A stretch of DNA of 64,000 nt from Naegleria gruberi. Taxonomy: Eukaryota. The DNA is taken from assembly GCA_000004985.1 (NCBI GenBank), contig GG738876.1; one strand, given 5' to 3'. A model generated the notes under the pieces. The model was given only the letters and a program-made list of their open reading frames with translations. It was not told the origin of the DNA and made no database searches. Shown here in pieces: positions 1 to 10,034 of the stretch; position 1 is the first letter of the stretch, and the number at the start of each line of letters is the position of its first letter. A program made the translations under genes and the position numbers.

Positions 1-1369
1 TGGAAGGTTGAGATGAAGATTTTTGTAAAATTAAATTAAAAGAACGAGATACAATTTGAATAGAATGCTTAGAAAAGAAATCCAAATCAATATCACTTGA
101 TCCAAAAATCCAAGAAAATATTCTTCTATTGATAGAGACATCTCCCTTTTCAATTAATAATAATGCAATACTACAAATACTTGTCAATTGTTCCATTGTA
201 AAAATAGTTGACGATTCCTCTACAACTTTATCCAACGTAATAAATGATGAAAGAATTTCTAAAGATGCCCGTTGTGCCATGACATTATTATCATTTAAAC
301 TTGTTATAATTGCTTGTGATACAATTTCAATAGATTCTCCAAATATTGGTGAATGAGCATTAAGAGTTTGTTCATTTTCTATTTTTGCCAATTATCGAAC
401 TGTTGAGAATATAAAAAATCTACTCACTTTTTAAACAATAAATTATATAATTAAGTCCTGAAACTCTAAAAAATGGTGTCGAAAGTATGCCTTTCCAAAG
501 AGATTTGAAAAATAGTTCCTGATCACTAATATTTCTCAATGTGTTCATGATTTTCAGTGTCTATAATGTTAAGCACTTATAGTATTCGAAATGAAAACCT
601 ACTCGTTTGTAAATATCACTTCCTTCCTCTTCCAATGCCGATAATAGTACAAGAATTAAACCAGACAAGCATGGTAAAAGAGATTTTCCTAAAGGCAAAT
701 AATAAGTCTCGATTAAATCTAAAATTACAGGCTTTGTGTTTTGTCAATTATTTAAAAAATTAAATTAAATTCCATACCTTGATTTGAGAAGAAGCACTTG
801 GAAAGAGTGTAAAAATTCCAGAACTATACAAGTGAATATCTCTTGCCAAACGTTTTCCCTGAATAGAATATAAATTTCCATATGATACTTGCTCCAAAAT
901 TCAATACACTTACAGTAATTAATTTTAAAATTTCCTCATATGTTTCCAATGTTTTCAAATGAACTCCTCCAGGTAGAGCAGGATTTAAACATTGAGCCAA
1001 TCTTTTACAAACTGTAATTTTTTCAGGAAGAATGTGAAGTTGAGCGTTCTTGGTCAAGACTTTTTTCATCTTTTGAAGACACTTGATCAAATCAGCCCAT
1101 TCCCTAGTATTATCAAATGATTTTAATACGGAAATGATATCCTCTCGATAGGATTTAAATTTACTATTTTTCATAATTTGTTCGTCTTGAATATCGGGAT
1201 GTTCCTCCTCCGAATTGATGAGTGGTGAGAGTGTAATTTGTTGTGTGCTTTCAATTCTAGGCATGTTTGGAGATGATGTTGTTGATGATGATAATGTCGA
1301 TTTTGATTCAGTAGAATTGTCGGCTACCAAATCCCCAAAGCCAAGATTTTGAGAGAGGCTTTTAAACAT
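1..1369 (-). CDS. DOP1: DOP1 (Dopey) family protein, N-terminal part. The gene is multi-exon and runs off the window start. First exon about 911..1369, 55-nt intron at 856..910, next exons below 855.
   Basis: The translation 'SYREDIISVLKSFDNTREWADLIKCLQKMKKVLTKNAQLHILPEKITVCKRLAQCLNPALPGGVHLKTLETYEEILKLI' matches the conserved Dopey N-terminal motif (..SEWADLIS.L.KL...L.......LP.[28 protein letters not shown].I). Downstream minus-strand exons continue the match (GKRLARDIHLYSSGIFTLFP.., ETYYLPLGKSLLPCLSGLILVLLSALEEEGSDIY) after GTAAGT and GTATGG introns. Confidence 0.8.
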
Positions 1370-1721
1370 TTTTTAAATAGTTAATTAGTTGAATGGACAT
1401 GTTGGTCACAATGTGTTACGGCCCTGCTTGATTCAATGTATAGCAGTTTTTACTCTACGTGTATTCCTTCGACGTGTCAATTGAGTAAATAACATGTACT
1501 GAGTAATTTGAATGCCTCTGACGGTTTGTTGCTTGAAATTTTGCTGCAGTGTTTCCAAATGATGACAAAAATATTCATTGTAAAAATACTGGTCACCCAA
1601 ATTTTTTAAAATTGTTTCCGAAAAAAAATAACACAAGTGAGTATTGCTACTATCATGCTTTTTTTTTAACCTCTTTGTTTTTCAACAACAATAACTTATT
1701 GTTCCCTTCAATATAAGAAGA

Positions 1722-2192
1722 ATGAGCTTGGTTGTCGTTCAAGAAGAAAACTTCAAGGAATTGTTGCGTTTGTTCAACACTAACATTGAAGGTAGAAGAT
1801 CCGCACTCTATGCCTTGACCTCTGTTAAGGGTATTGGTAGACGTTTCGCTGGTATTGTCTTGAAGAAGGCTGAAATCGAACTTACCAAGAGATCTGGTGA
1901 ATTGAGCGAAGAACAAATCAACAAGATTCAAGATATCATTCTTGCTCCAGAAAAGTACAAGATTCCATCTTGGTTCTTGAACAGAAGAAGAGACTGGAAG
2001 AGTGGTGCCACTGAACACTTGGTTGCCAACGCTGTCGATATGTACTTGAGAGAAGATTTGGAAAGACTTAAGAAGATCAAGTCTGAAAGAGGTTTGAGAC
2101 ACATGTGGGGTCTTAGAGTCAGAGGTCAACACACCAAGACTACTGGTAGAAGAGGTAAGACTGTTGGTGTCAGCCATAAGAAACGTGGATAG
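1722..2192 (+). CDS. RPS18: 40S ribosomal protein S18 (uS13). Single exon, 156 aa, TAG stop.
   Basis: Near full-length identity in pattern to eukaryotic RPS18: 'RVLNTNI(D/E)GRR', 'KGVGRR(Y/F)A', 'YKIPDWFLNR', '[28 protein letters not shown]'. Confidence 0.95.
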   Translation: MSLVVVQEENFKELLRLFNTNIEGRRSALYALTSVKGIGRRFAGIVLKKAEIELTKRSGELSEEQINKIQDIILAPEKYKIPSWFLNRRRDWKSGATEHLVANAVDMYLREDLERLKKIKSERGLRHMWGLRVRGQHTKTTGRRGKTVGVSHKKRG

Positions 2193-2307
2193 GTCCCCTA
2201 ATTTAAACACAAATAAAAAAACATTATTTCATAAATTTTAACATTTTTTTAAAATTATTTATGAAATTTATGTTGTTTTAATTCCAAAAATGTCAATAAA
2301 CTATTGG
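2193..2307. repeat. Copy A of a ~110-bp AT-rich dispersed/tandem unit (gtcccctaatt[t/a]aaacac..aataaaaaa..tttcataaatt..aacattttt..aattcca[aat]aatgtcaataaactat) immediately after the RPS18 stop. Contains AATAAA.
   Basis: Direct sequence comparison of four copies at 2193, 2359, 2470 and 5529. Confidence 0.8.
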
Positions 2308-2344
2308 TATTTGGTTTCTTAAAATTGGCACTGTACGAGCTGTA

Positions 2345-2412
2345 AGAAACGTGGAAAGGTCCCCTAATTTAAACACAAATAAAAAAACACAAATAAAAAA
2401 ACATTTTTAAAT
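2345..2412. repeat. Copy B, a truncated copy. It begins with a near-duplicate of the last 12 coding nt of RPS18 (aagaaacgtggaaag vs aagaaacgtggatag), followed by gtcccctaatttaaacacaaataaaaaaaca.
   Basis: Seen directly. Duplication of the RPS18 CDS end plus its 3' UTR start. Confidence 0.8.
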
Positions 2413-2421
2413 TTACTAGTT

Positions 2422-2590
2422 CTACGGTACTCAATTTGCCAATGTAATAATTTACTGAAAAGTGGATAGGTCCCCTAATTAAAACACTAAAAAGCAATTT
2501 CATAAATTTGAACATTTTTAAATTCCATTAATGTCAATAAACTATAGTGGTGTAAGGCATTAGTTTCTGAACCAATCCATTGGCGAATTG
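2422..2590. repeat. 23-bp inverted repeat (ctacggtactcaatttgccaatg at 2422-2444; cattggcgaattgagtaccgtag at 2568-2590; 1 mismatch) enclosing copy C. Hairpin/MITE-like structure.
   Basis: The reverse complement of the right arm equals the left arm except for one t/c. Confidence 0.75.
2456..2546. repeat. Copy C. It again starts with an RPS18-end-like 'gaaaagtggatag' and then gtcccctaattaaaacactaaaaagcaatttcataaatttgaacatttttaaattccattaatgtcaataaactatag.
   Basis: Seen directly. Most similar to copy D at 5529. Confidence 0.8.
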
Positions 2591-2804
2591 AGTACCGTAG
2601 AAAGAGTTTCAAACGAGTCATTTCTAGGTTTTCACAACATGATGGCTTTTCAAAATGGACCATCCATCTTTAATTTCCAACTGTTAATCCAAAGCGATCT
2701 GATTTACTGTTTTGGTTGGCCAACAATAAAAGCCTTCTACATGATTCAAAGAGCATTGAGAATGAATTGGAATTTTATAACGTTGCAACGAGAATAGTTG
2801 GTTA

Positions 2805-2975
2805 CTCAATACACCCCCACGGTCAAAATAGCCCTAGTGTTTGAACAGTATTACCGTAGTTCCTCTGGTTTATGAGACCGTCTCAACAACCTCTTACAAA
2901 ATGTCATAGAGACAGAATATCGGAACTACAACTTTTCGCTATTTTGAAATTTAATGGGTAATGGGGTGTATTGGA
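2805..2975. repeat. 11-12 bp perfect inverted repeat (caatacacccc at ~2807-2817 / ggggtgtattg at ~2963-2973) flanking ~145 bp. The palindromic motif taccgtag recurs at 2584 and 2853 (reverse complement at 2423).
   Basis: Seen directly. Confidence 0.5.
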
Positions 2976-3359
2976 AAACAAACAAATATTGGATACTACC
3001 AAATTTAAACAATGGACAAACGAACAAGTTTGCTCCTTGTTTTGCATATCAGCTTCTTTTGTACTGTCGACAGCTTTGAAAACTTGCCCTTGTTGTCGGG
3101 TGCAAATGATCTTCTTTTACAATATTTTACATTGTTGTTTACCTTGTCGTGCACGACAACCTAAAATAAATTTTAAAAAAAAATGCTCAAAAACTATGAA
3201 TTATCAGTCTAATCAACAACTATGAATTATCATTCTACTCTTCAACTTTCGGACCATTTCAGAATAATGTATTTTTAAAGACTTTTTCAGCATTTCGGAA
3301 AGACTATAAATACTGAAGGGAGGGTTTCGAATTGTCTTTAAAAATTATTCAAATATTCA

Positions 3360-5519
3360 ATGCCTAAACAACCTTGTTCATCACAAAGGAATGGTAAAAC
3401 TAGCCTTGAAACGGATCAAATTCTCTTGGAATATTATTTAATTCATGGAAATTATTTGAATATCAATCAAAGTAATGCCGACTATCATTTTACTAACTCT
3501 CAATCGAAACAGAGATGGAGAAGAATGAAGGAATGTTTTACAAATAGAGTCATTCAATCCAATCCTTCTACCAATACAACACTGCACAAAATTTCTCTCC
3601 TTTATCCTAATCTGAAAAAGACCATTCTCTTTTCAATTACTTTAAATGATGAGGAGAAAATTATTGAATCAACTCGAAAAGAAATTGCTATCAATCCACC
3701 ACCCATTCAACAAACTCCATATAATAGAAAGGGTGTCTCTACCTTTGAAATTCATCCCGACTCTGAAACTATCAAACAATATTTCCAAAACTTGTTACAT
3801 AATCAAACTCATGTCAAGAAGGTTTCACTCAAAGAAATCAATGCAATTTGGGCTGAAATTGGTTTTGCTCATTACAAGAGTAAAAACACTACAAATAGTG
3901 AACCTGTCATTGCTGCTCAACTTTGTTCATTGAATGGAAAATCGTATGAGAGTGTCAAACAATCGTTCAAAGTTCATAGCAAACTCTATCACAAGAAGGA
4001 AAAGTGTTCTCAGTGTATGGGATTTGCTTGCTTTAATTATTCCATTCTTTGTAAAGGATGTACCTATTTGAAATTAATTGATCATGATCCAGTTATTTGG
4101 ATTCAAAAAACAGCTAATCCCAAAAAAATAGAATGGACCTTTACACTTTCCAACTGTAATAATTTGAATTATACTAGTCTTTTTAATTTGAAATACCCAG
4201 TTGATGATATTCAAAGTAACGACCTGTCAATTCAAAGTGATAAACAAGATGAAATGTCAATTCAAAGTGATGAAAACGGCTGTGACAATTATGAGGAAGA
4301 TGAAATGATGGATGAAACTAATGTAACTCAATCAAAAGAAAGTAATCAATCCATTCAAGAACGAATTCAAACATTTTACACTTCCTGTCATGATTATTGT
4401 AATATTTTTCAAGAAGAATTTAATGGTTTTCAAGAGTGGAAACCAAAATTTCAAAATTATGAACCACCCCATACTGCTCATCAATTAATGAATCAAGCTA
4501 TGGTCAGAAATCGAAACTTGTTGAAACTATTACCTCTTGAGGAGAATTACAATTTTATTTGGATTCAAAATGGTTCTGAAAAGAAACAATATTCTCAATG
4601 GATTGAATTGATTGAGAAGAATTTCAAATTGAAAACTCTTGATAATTTTAATGCAACAGATCCAATTATTTATGTCATGATATTTATTTTCAAAAAGGAT
4701 TATCAAATGGAACCAATGATTCAAATTGGTGAAAGTGAAAATTATCAAAAGAGAATGAATGGTTACAAATATGACAGTTCAGATCGATTGATCAATAGAG
4801 CCTTTAGTAAGGCCACATTAATTTTTAGTTGTCCTCTAGAGATTCAAGCTGATACACCCATACGTAAATTGAAAGAAACCTTTTATATTTGTCAATTGTT
4901 GGAACAAGCATTTCATCCTCTCAATAGCAATTTTAGTGATCCTGATAGTGTCAATCGCTTACATTCCATTTTTGATGGTAAAATTAATTTCTCAACATTG
5001 GATAGATTGAATTATTCAAGTTTTAACACTTCTCTCAAACTTTTACATCTTGATTCTGATGCTAATAATACCATTCATATTGAGAAGGGAAATTATGTGA
5101 TTGAAAGTAATAATCAAGTAGTATTGAGAAAACCATTTATATTCATGTTGGAAAGAGAGAAATTCAAACACTACTTTCCTCATGCTCCTCAAAAATTGTT
5201 GAATGCCTTTAACATTGCCTCAATCAAGTATCAAGGATTGAATAATTTATTGTATGACAATGATGAGTTGTACAAGGAGGAATACTTGCCAAAATGTTTT
5301 GGAATAATGAATAGAATTGTTCATCCCAAAGGTTTTGGCAAGTATTTGCGCTTTGATTTTCCAAGTGCATGTCTTGAATATGAAAATGGTTTTTATCCCA
5401 TTTCCTTCCTCTCTATTCGATGCAATTATGAACAAGTCATTAGAAAGGTCATTATGAAAAATACAATCATGAAGGATTGTATCTGCATTAACGATGTGGA
5501 AGATGATAATTTCATCTAA
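3360..5519 (+). CDS. Hypothetical 719-aa protein with no recognisable domain. It has a Cys cluster (CSQCMGFACFNYSILCKGCTYL) and an acidic repeat (SIQSDKQDEMSIQSDENG).
   Basis: Long uninterrupted ORF with ordinary codon usage. It is flanked upstream (2456-2790) and downstream (5529-5658) by copies of the same repeat unit. Confidence 0.55.
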   Translation: MPKQPCSSQRNGKTSLETDQILLEYYLIHGNYLNINQSNADYHFTNSQSKQRWRRMKECFTNRVIQSNPSTNTTLHKISLLYPNLKKTILFSITLNDEEKIIESTRKEIAINPPPIQQTPYNRKGVSTFEIHPDSETIKQYFQNLLHNQTHVKKVSLKEINAIWAEIGFAHYKSKNTTNSEPVIAAQLCSLNGKSYESVKQSFKVHSKLYHKKEKCSQCMGFACFNYSILCKGCTYLKLIDHDPVIWIQKTANPKKIEWTFTLSNCNNLNYTSLFNLKYPVDDIQSNDLSIQSDKQDEMSIQSDENGCDNYEEDEMMDETNVTQSKESNQSIQERIQTFYTSCHDYCNIFQEEFNGFQEWKPKFQNYEPPHTAHQLMNQAMVRNRNLLKLLPLEENYNFIWIQNGSEKKQYSQWIELIEKNFKLKTLDNFNATDPIIYVMIFIFKKDYQMEPMIQIGESENYQKRMNGYKYDSSDRLINRAFSKATLIFSCPLEIQADTPIRKLKETFYICQLLEQAFHPLNSNFSDPDSVNRLHSIFDGKINFSTLDRLNYSSFNTSLKLLHLDSDANNTIHIEKGNYVIESNNQVVLRKPFIFMLEREKFKHYFPHAPQKLLNAFNIASIKYQGLNNLLYDNDELYKEEYLPKCFGIMNRIVHPKGFGKYLRFDFPSACLEYENGFYPISFLSIRCNYEQVIRKVIMKNTIMKDCICINDVEDDNFI

Positions 5520-5528
5520 TATATGTGA

Positions 5529-5658
5529 GTCCCCTAATTAAAACACGAATAAAAAAGCAATTTCATAAATTTTACCATTTTTTATTTTTTTAATTTTTAT
5601 TTAATTCCATAAATGTCAATAAACTACAGATAATTGGAATTTTATAACGTTGCAATCA
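5529..5658. repeat. Copy D of the repeat unit, directly after the stop of the 3360..5519 gene. It includes the tail 'ttggaattttataacgttgcaa', which is also present at 2768-2789.
   Basis: Seen directly. Has AATAAA at 'aatgtcaataaac'. Confidence 0.8.
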
Positions 5659-7163
5659 ATATTGAAAAATCTCCTTCTCAACTTTCATTTTTTGTAAAAT
5701 AACACCTTTCAGAATGTATCATGGTGTGCAAGTCTTTATTTTCATCTAATATTTATGATATTATTTTTAATTCCATTTTTAACAGAGAGGATAAACCCAA
5801 TAATCCATACGATTTAAATAAAAAAACCATATTTAAAAATCAAATAATCATTTCGAATTGCTGCCGGCACAAATGGTGACAAAAATTGCTGGAAGCCACT
5901 GTATTCCCATCGAGATTGCTAACAAAATTTGTAGGAGCCATCTACTCAAGTCAATTTTCAATACCCTGTTTCAACAAACAGTCATTATTCTTTTCAGATT
6001 GGAGCAAGTCATTGATTTTTAAATATCTTGTTTTGCTATGAATTGTTGACTGTTATTGTGATTGCTGACTGTGAGGATTAATATGAACAATACGAATTGC
6101 TAAATTCTAATAATCCAATTAAGGGAAATGGGATAGATTGAATGGTAAGTTCCATTAACATGTCTCAATTCACCACGTATTGTCTCAATCATTTATTGTC
6201 TTATTACATTAACTAAAAAACTACTCCTCATCAGAGCTTGGCTTACAGAGAAATACTTTTTATCAATTAATTTTAATCCAGTAAGTGTTGAACTAATCTC
6301 TCCAGATATTAAATTCCATTTAACTATTTTATTGTGTTTCCATTTTTTGAAATTGTTTCTAGAGATGATTCCATTGGGAGAGAAAGTAAGGAGTGTTTGG
6401 ATTTGTGATTGTTAATGCCTTTTTCATTAAGGTTAAAAGTGTTGGTTCATTTTCTTAATTTTATTTAAAAAAATGAAACAATCCGAATGCATGTCTTTAT
6501 CAAGAAACGATGAACACTTTTTCCAAAGGAATTTGAAGCAATTCGTAAATTTTTGAGTGAAAATCAGTCAACATATTTATCTGGTTTTTATGAGCTGGAA
6601 ATTAGTATCGAAAAATCTCAGTATTTCTTTAAATGAAAAACAATGAAAAAAAGTGATTATCGTAAGATAGCCAATTTGAAGTTAAGAGCTGGGTAAGAGC
6701 TGCCGATGAATTGAGAGAATGTGTCAATAATTTTCCAAGCTCCAATAACATTAATAATAGAGAGGATTTCTTCAAGTATCGATTAAATTGGTTAATGTCA
6801 ATTGGTAATGACAATTTATATTTTGATTGTAGTGTTGAACTTGGCGAAAATATTAAATAAAATTAATACTGATATTTATATACGCAATGGTTATTCAAGG
6901 ATATATAATGTTTGCAAATTCCAATGATATGGATGATGCATTTAATTGTGAAGAATTTCACAAAACAATAATATTAACGATACTGACATCAATATTTTTA
7001 AGGCAACAGTCTTTTCATTTTTTTAATTCGATCGAATTTATCGATCTTTGAAAAGATTTATTTCAATTCTATTGATTGCATTGACGTTAACAGAGATAAT
7101 CTGGCAAAGTTGATTAATTTTAATTATTTTATTTTCAATTTTAACAATTTTTCAAAACTTAAT

Positions 7164-9076
7164 TTACCATCCGTAAAGTCCCTTACCAACACGAACCTTT
7201 TCTAAATAATCTTCAAAATCCTTCTTCAAATAAATAGGCATAACACCACGCATAGCAGCATCTCTATCAACAGATCTAAGTTGATCAACACACTTGAAGA
7301 AAGCAGGAATGACGTTCAAAATATTTCTACTACCATAGAGTCTGACAGAACAGTATTTAAGACCCAAATAAGCACACAACTTTCTTAAAATTGGATTGGC
7401 AGTTGGTTGTTCCTTAGTACTAGGGTGAATTCTGACTTTACAAGCACCAAACTTGGCTTCGAGCATATGAGAACGTGGAATGCAAGCAGAAGGATCAATA
7501 CTTCTAATATTCTTATAAGCAGCCTTTCTTGCCTTTGATTGAGCAACTGCTGGACTGGCAGCTGTACCAAAACCAACACCACACAATCCACTGTAACTTC
7601 CTACCAAGTACAAACAATTGTATGATTCAACTCTACCACCAGTGGTCATTTTACAATTTCTTGAAAGCTTGAGAACCTTTTCTTCGAATGAAACATCTGT
7701 AATAGCATCCTTTTGACCGTGATAAATTTCTGGATCTTCAACATCATCAGCAAGTGGGTGAGTAATTGCTGGTTCACCTTCATATTCATAAAGTGATTCA
7801 TCCCAATCAGCATCAAGATCAACATCTCCAAAGTAACCCTTTTCAACACCAACACTAGCATTATAAATTGGATTAACACTAACATTAGTCTTGGATGACT
7901 TTCCCTCTATGATTGATTCTAAATTTTGGATTTGTTGTCCAAGTTGTGTTTCATCAAATTGATATAAATAGAAAGGAGCTGATGTTTCATCTCTTTCTTG
8001 TCTTAACAGCTTAGTGTTCAATGATTTAATCATATCGGATTGATCAACCTTTGAAACTTTGAATCTCTTTCCTTGCAATTTACCTAAATTTTCAACATCT
8101 TGAGAAACACGTTCAAATGACTTTGGAACTTGAATTCTTTCAGGATCAGCTTCATTCTTTTCTTCAATTAATTCATGGAATCTAGAGTAATCTTTTCTAA
8201 CTCTTAAAGCTTCTTGTAATTCATTAATTGGTATGTTTTCATCGACATCCTCAATATCTATAGTATCAATTTCATTTGACCCAACTTCTTCTTCATCTTC
8301 AATTTCTTCCATTTGTTCATTTTCATTATCCTCGTCTTGATCTCTTCTTGAGATGTTATCTTCATCAACCATTTCATCTAAGTCATCCAAATCGGCTTGA
8401 GTCTTTAATTTACTCAAATCATATAAACTTTTAACTTTGAATCTGTTATATTCAGTTTCGGCAGGTTGAGAAAAAGTACCAGGGAACATTCCAAAGTTAG
8501 TATATTTAGCCCAAATTCTTTCCTTTTGTACAGCTCTTGGTAATTGAAGGTTAACGTTGGCTTGTAAGAGACTCAAACTAATAAAGGCTTCCTTGATTTT
8601 TCTTACAAGTTTTGTTTCCTTCTTTTCGGTAGCGAGCCAATAAACAACTTTATGTCTCTTTTCCTTACGCAAATTCTTGAGGTAGAAGACAAGAGTTTCA
8701 AACATTTCTTCAGTGAATTTAGTACCTTGTTGTTTTGCTTCTATAATATTGATAAACTAGTTATAAAATTATTATTGTTGTTGTTTAACATTATTTTGAG
8801 AGCGATAATATTACATACGTCTTTATCATTATCTGTTGTTGGGAAATTTAATTCTTCGGCAGGAATTTCTCTATTTCTTTCTTTTTCTTCCATTTGTTTA
8901 AGTTCGCTATCACTAATTCTTTCAAAAGAATTTTTAATGATTTTACTTGATGAAAAGCATCGGCTTTGAATATATGAAGGAGAGTTGTGAATTGAAGAAA
9001 AACAAAGAGGTGATTGCTTGGTGGCCAACTTCTTAGTTGAAGAAGGGAGCTGGCGCAAAAGTTTAATGTTTCTCAT
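7164..9076 (-). CDS. MRPS5: Mitochondrial ribosomal protein S5 (uS5m). Two exons: 8820..9076 and 7164..8754, with a ~65-nt intron at 8755..8819 (GTATGT..CTAG). N-terminal mitochondrial presequence.
   Basis: C-terminal 'GRVESYNCLYLVGSYSGLCGVGFGTAASPAVAQSKARKAAYKNI...KVRIHPSTK...SVRLYGSRNILNVI' is the S5 dsRBD and C-terminal domain pattern. The first exon 'MRNIKLLRQLPSSTKKLATKQSPLCFSS' is basic/hydroxylated and presequence-like. Reading frame is maintained across the proposed splice. Confidence 0.8.
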
Positions 9077-9187
9077 TTTTTAGGGCAGTCAAAAAATTTA
9101 CAACAATAAAAAAACATCCTATTCAATTTAAAATAAAATTTAATTTTAAATTAAAAAATACAAACAACAATAACACAATTTTAAAGA

Positions 9188-9796
9188 TTGGTAACCGAAA
9201 TGTATAACGGAATTGGTTTAACAACACCTCGTGGAAGTGGTACTAATGGATATGTTCAAACAAATTATAGTTCTGTCAAAAATAAGAAACCAAATAATAA
9301 TTATCAACAAAAGGAAAGGAAAGATTTATTAAAAATTAAATCTCCAAATGTTGATCTTTTAATTCATGAGGAAAAGAAGAAGGTTGAAATTGAATTGTAT
9401 AAATTAAAATCTGAGTTGACAAAACAAGGTAAATTAACTCCAGAAGAAATTGATCAACAAATTTCTGATAAAAGAAAGGAAAGAATGAAACTTATTGAAA
9501 ACAAATACAATAACATTAACAACAAGGGAGATTCAAAAACAGAGGAAAACAATGAAAGAAATGAAAAGTTCAAAAAAGCTCTTTCATTAGATAAAGAATT
9601 TGAAAAGAAGGGAATTAAATCAAATGAAGACGCAGAACTTGTAGCATTTGATTCCAAGTTAAATGAAATGCTAAAAAGAAAGGAAAAACCAGCATCTCTC
9701 GAAAAGAAACAAAGAAAAAAGAAGAGGAGACATGATCGTAATTCCTCATCAGATTCATCTTCAGAAAGTGCATCTTCATCAGATAGTGATGAGTAA
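9188..9796 (+). CDS. CWC21: Cwc21/SRRM2-type splicing factor with a cwf21 N-terminal domain and a K/E/S-rich tail.
   Basis: N-terminus 'MYNGIGLTTPRGSGTNGYVQTN' is essentially the SRRM2/Cwc21 signature 'MYNGIGLxTPRGSGTNGYVQRN'. The C-terminus is serine-rich and RS-like. Confidence 0.85.
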   Translation: MVTEMYNGIGLTTPRGSGTNGYVQTNYSSVKNKKPNNNYQQKERKDLLKIKSPNVDLLIHEEKKKVEIELYKLKSELTKQGKLTPEEIDQQISDKRKERMKLIENKYNNINNKGDSKTEENNERNEKFKKALSLDKEFEKKGIKSNEDAELVAFDSKLNEMLKRKEKPASLEKKQRKKKRRHDRNSSSDSSSESASSSDSDE

Positions 9797-10034
9797 TAAG
9801 CTCATTTTTTTATTGTCTCTACTAATATCTGAAGTGTCGAGATTTGTATCCCCGCACTTTGCTTGGATGAAAAAAGATCCTCTCTCTTCTCAGCCAAACA
9901 CTGACAATTTGAAGTAAAAATCAGGTACCTTTTCAGAAACTTGAAAAGCAGTTTGAATAAAAATAAAGAGAAAAGGAGACGCAACCTTTGTGTTTTACTA
10001 GTTCGCTTTTTGCTCTACTTCACAACAATCAAAC

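Noticed and set aside
129-763. Plus-strand ORFs 129..356 and 557..763
   Set aside because: They overlap minus-strand DOP1 exons and introns that give a strong homology match. They have no features of their own.
1433-2210. ORFs 1433..1636 and 1653..2210 on the minus strand
   Set aside because: They are antisense to the clearly real RPS18 CDS. Their sequence is low-complexity with no motifs, so they are shadow ORFs.
2588-3225. ORFs 2588..2797 and 2971..3225 between RPS18 and the orphan gene
   Set aside because: They lie within the repeat and hairpin region and have no motifs. They are more likely non-coding repeat sequence.
3313-3335. tRNA-like 'gggtttcgaattg' (T-arm-like) and other 'ttcgaat' hits
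   Set aside because: No accompanying A-box, acceptor stem or anticodon arm could be built. They are not tRNAs.
2193-5658. Possible CRISPR-like array from the repeated gtcccctaatt units
   Set aside because: This is a eukaryotic locus. The units differ in length, are not regularly spaced, and contain a duplicated gene end. This is not CRISPR architecture.
6633-6900. Possible small spliced protein gene starting at ATG 6643
   Set aside because: All frames terminate within a few codons of the candidate donors, so a coherent CDS could not be assembled.
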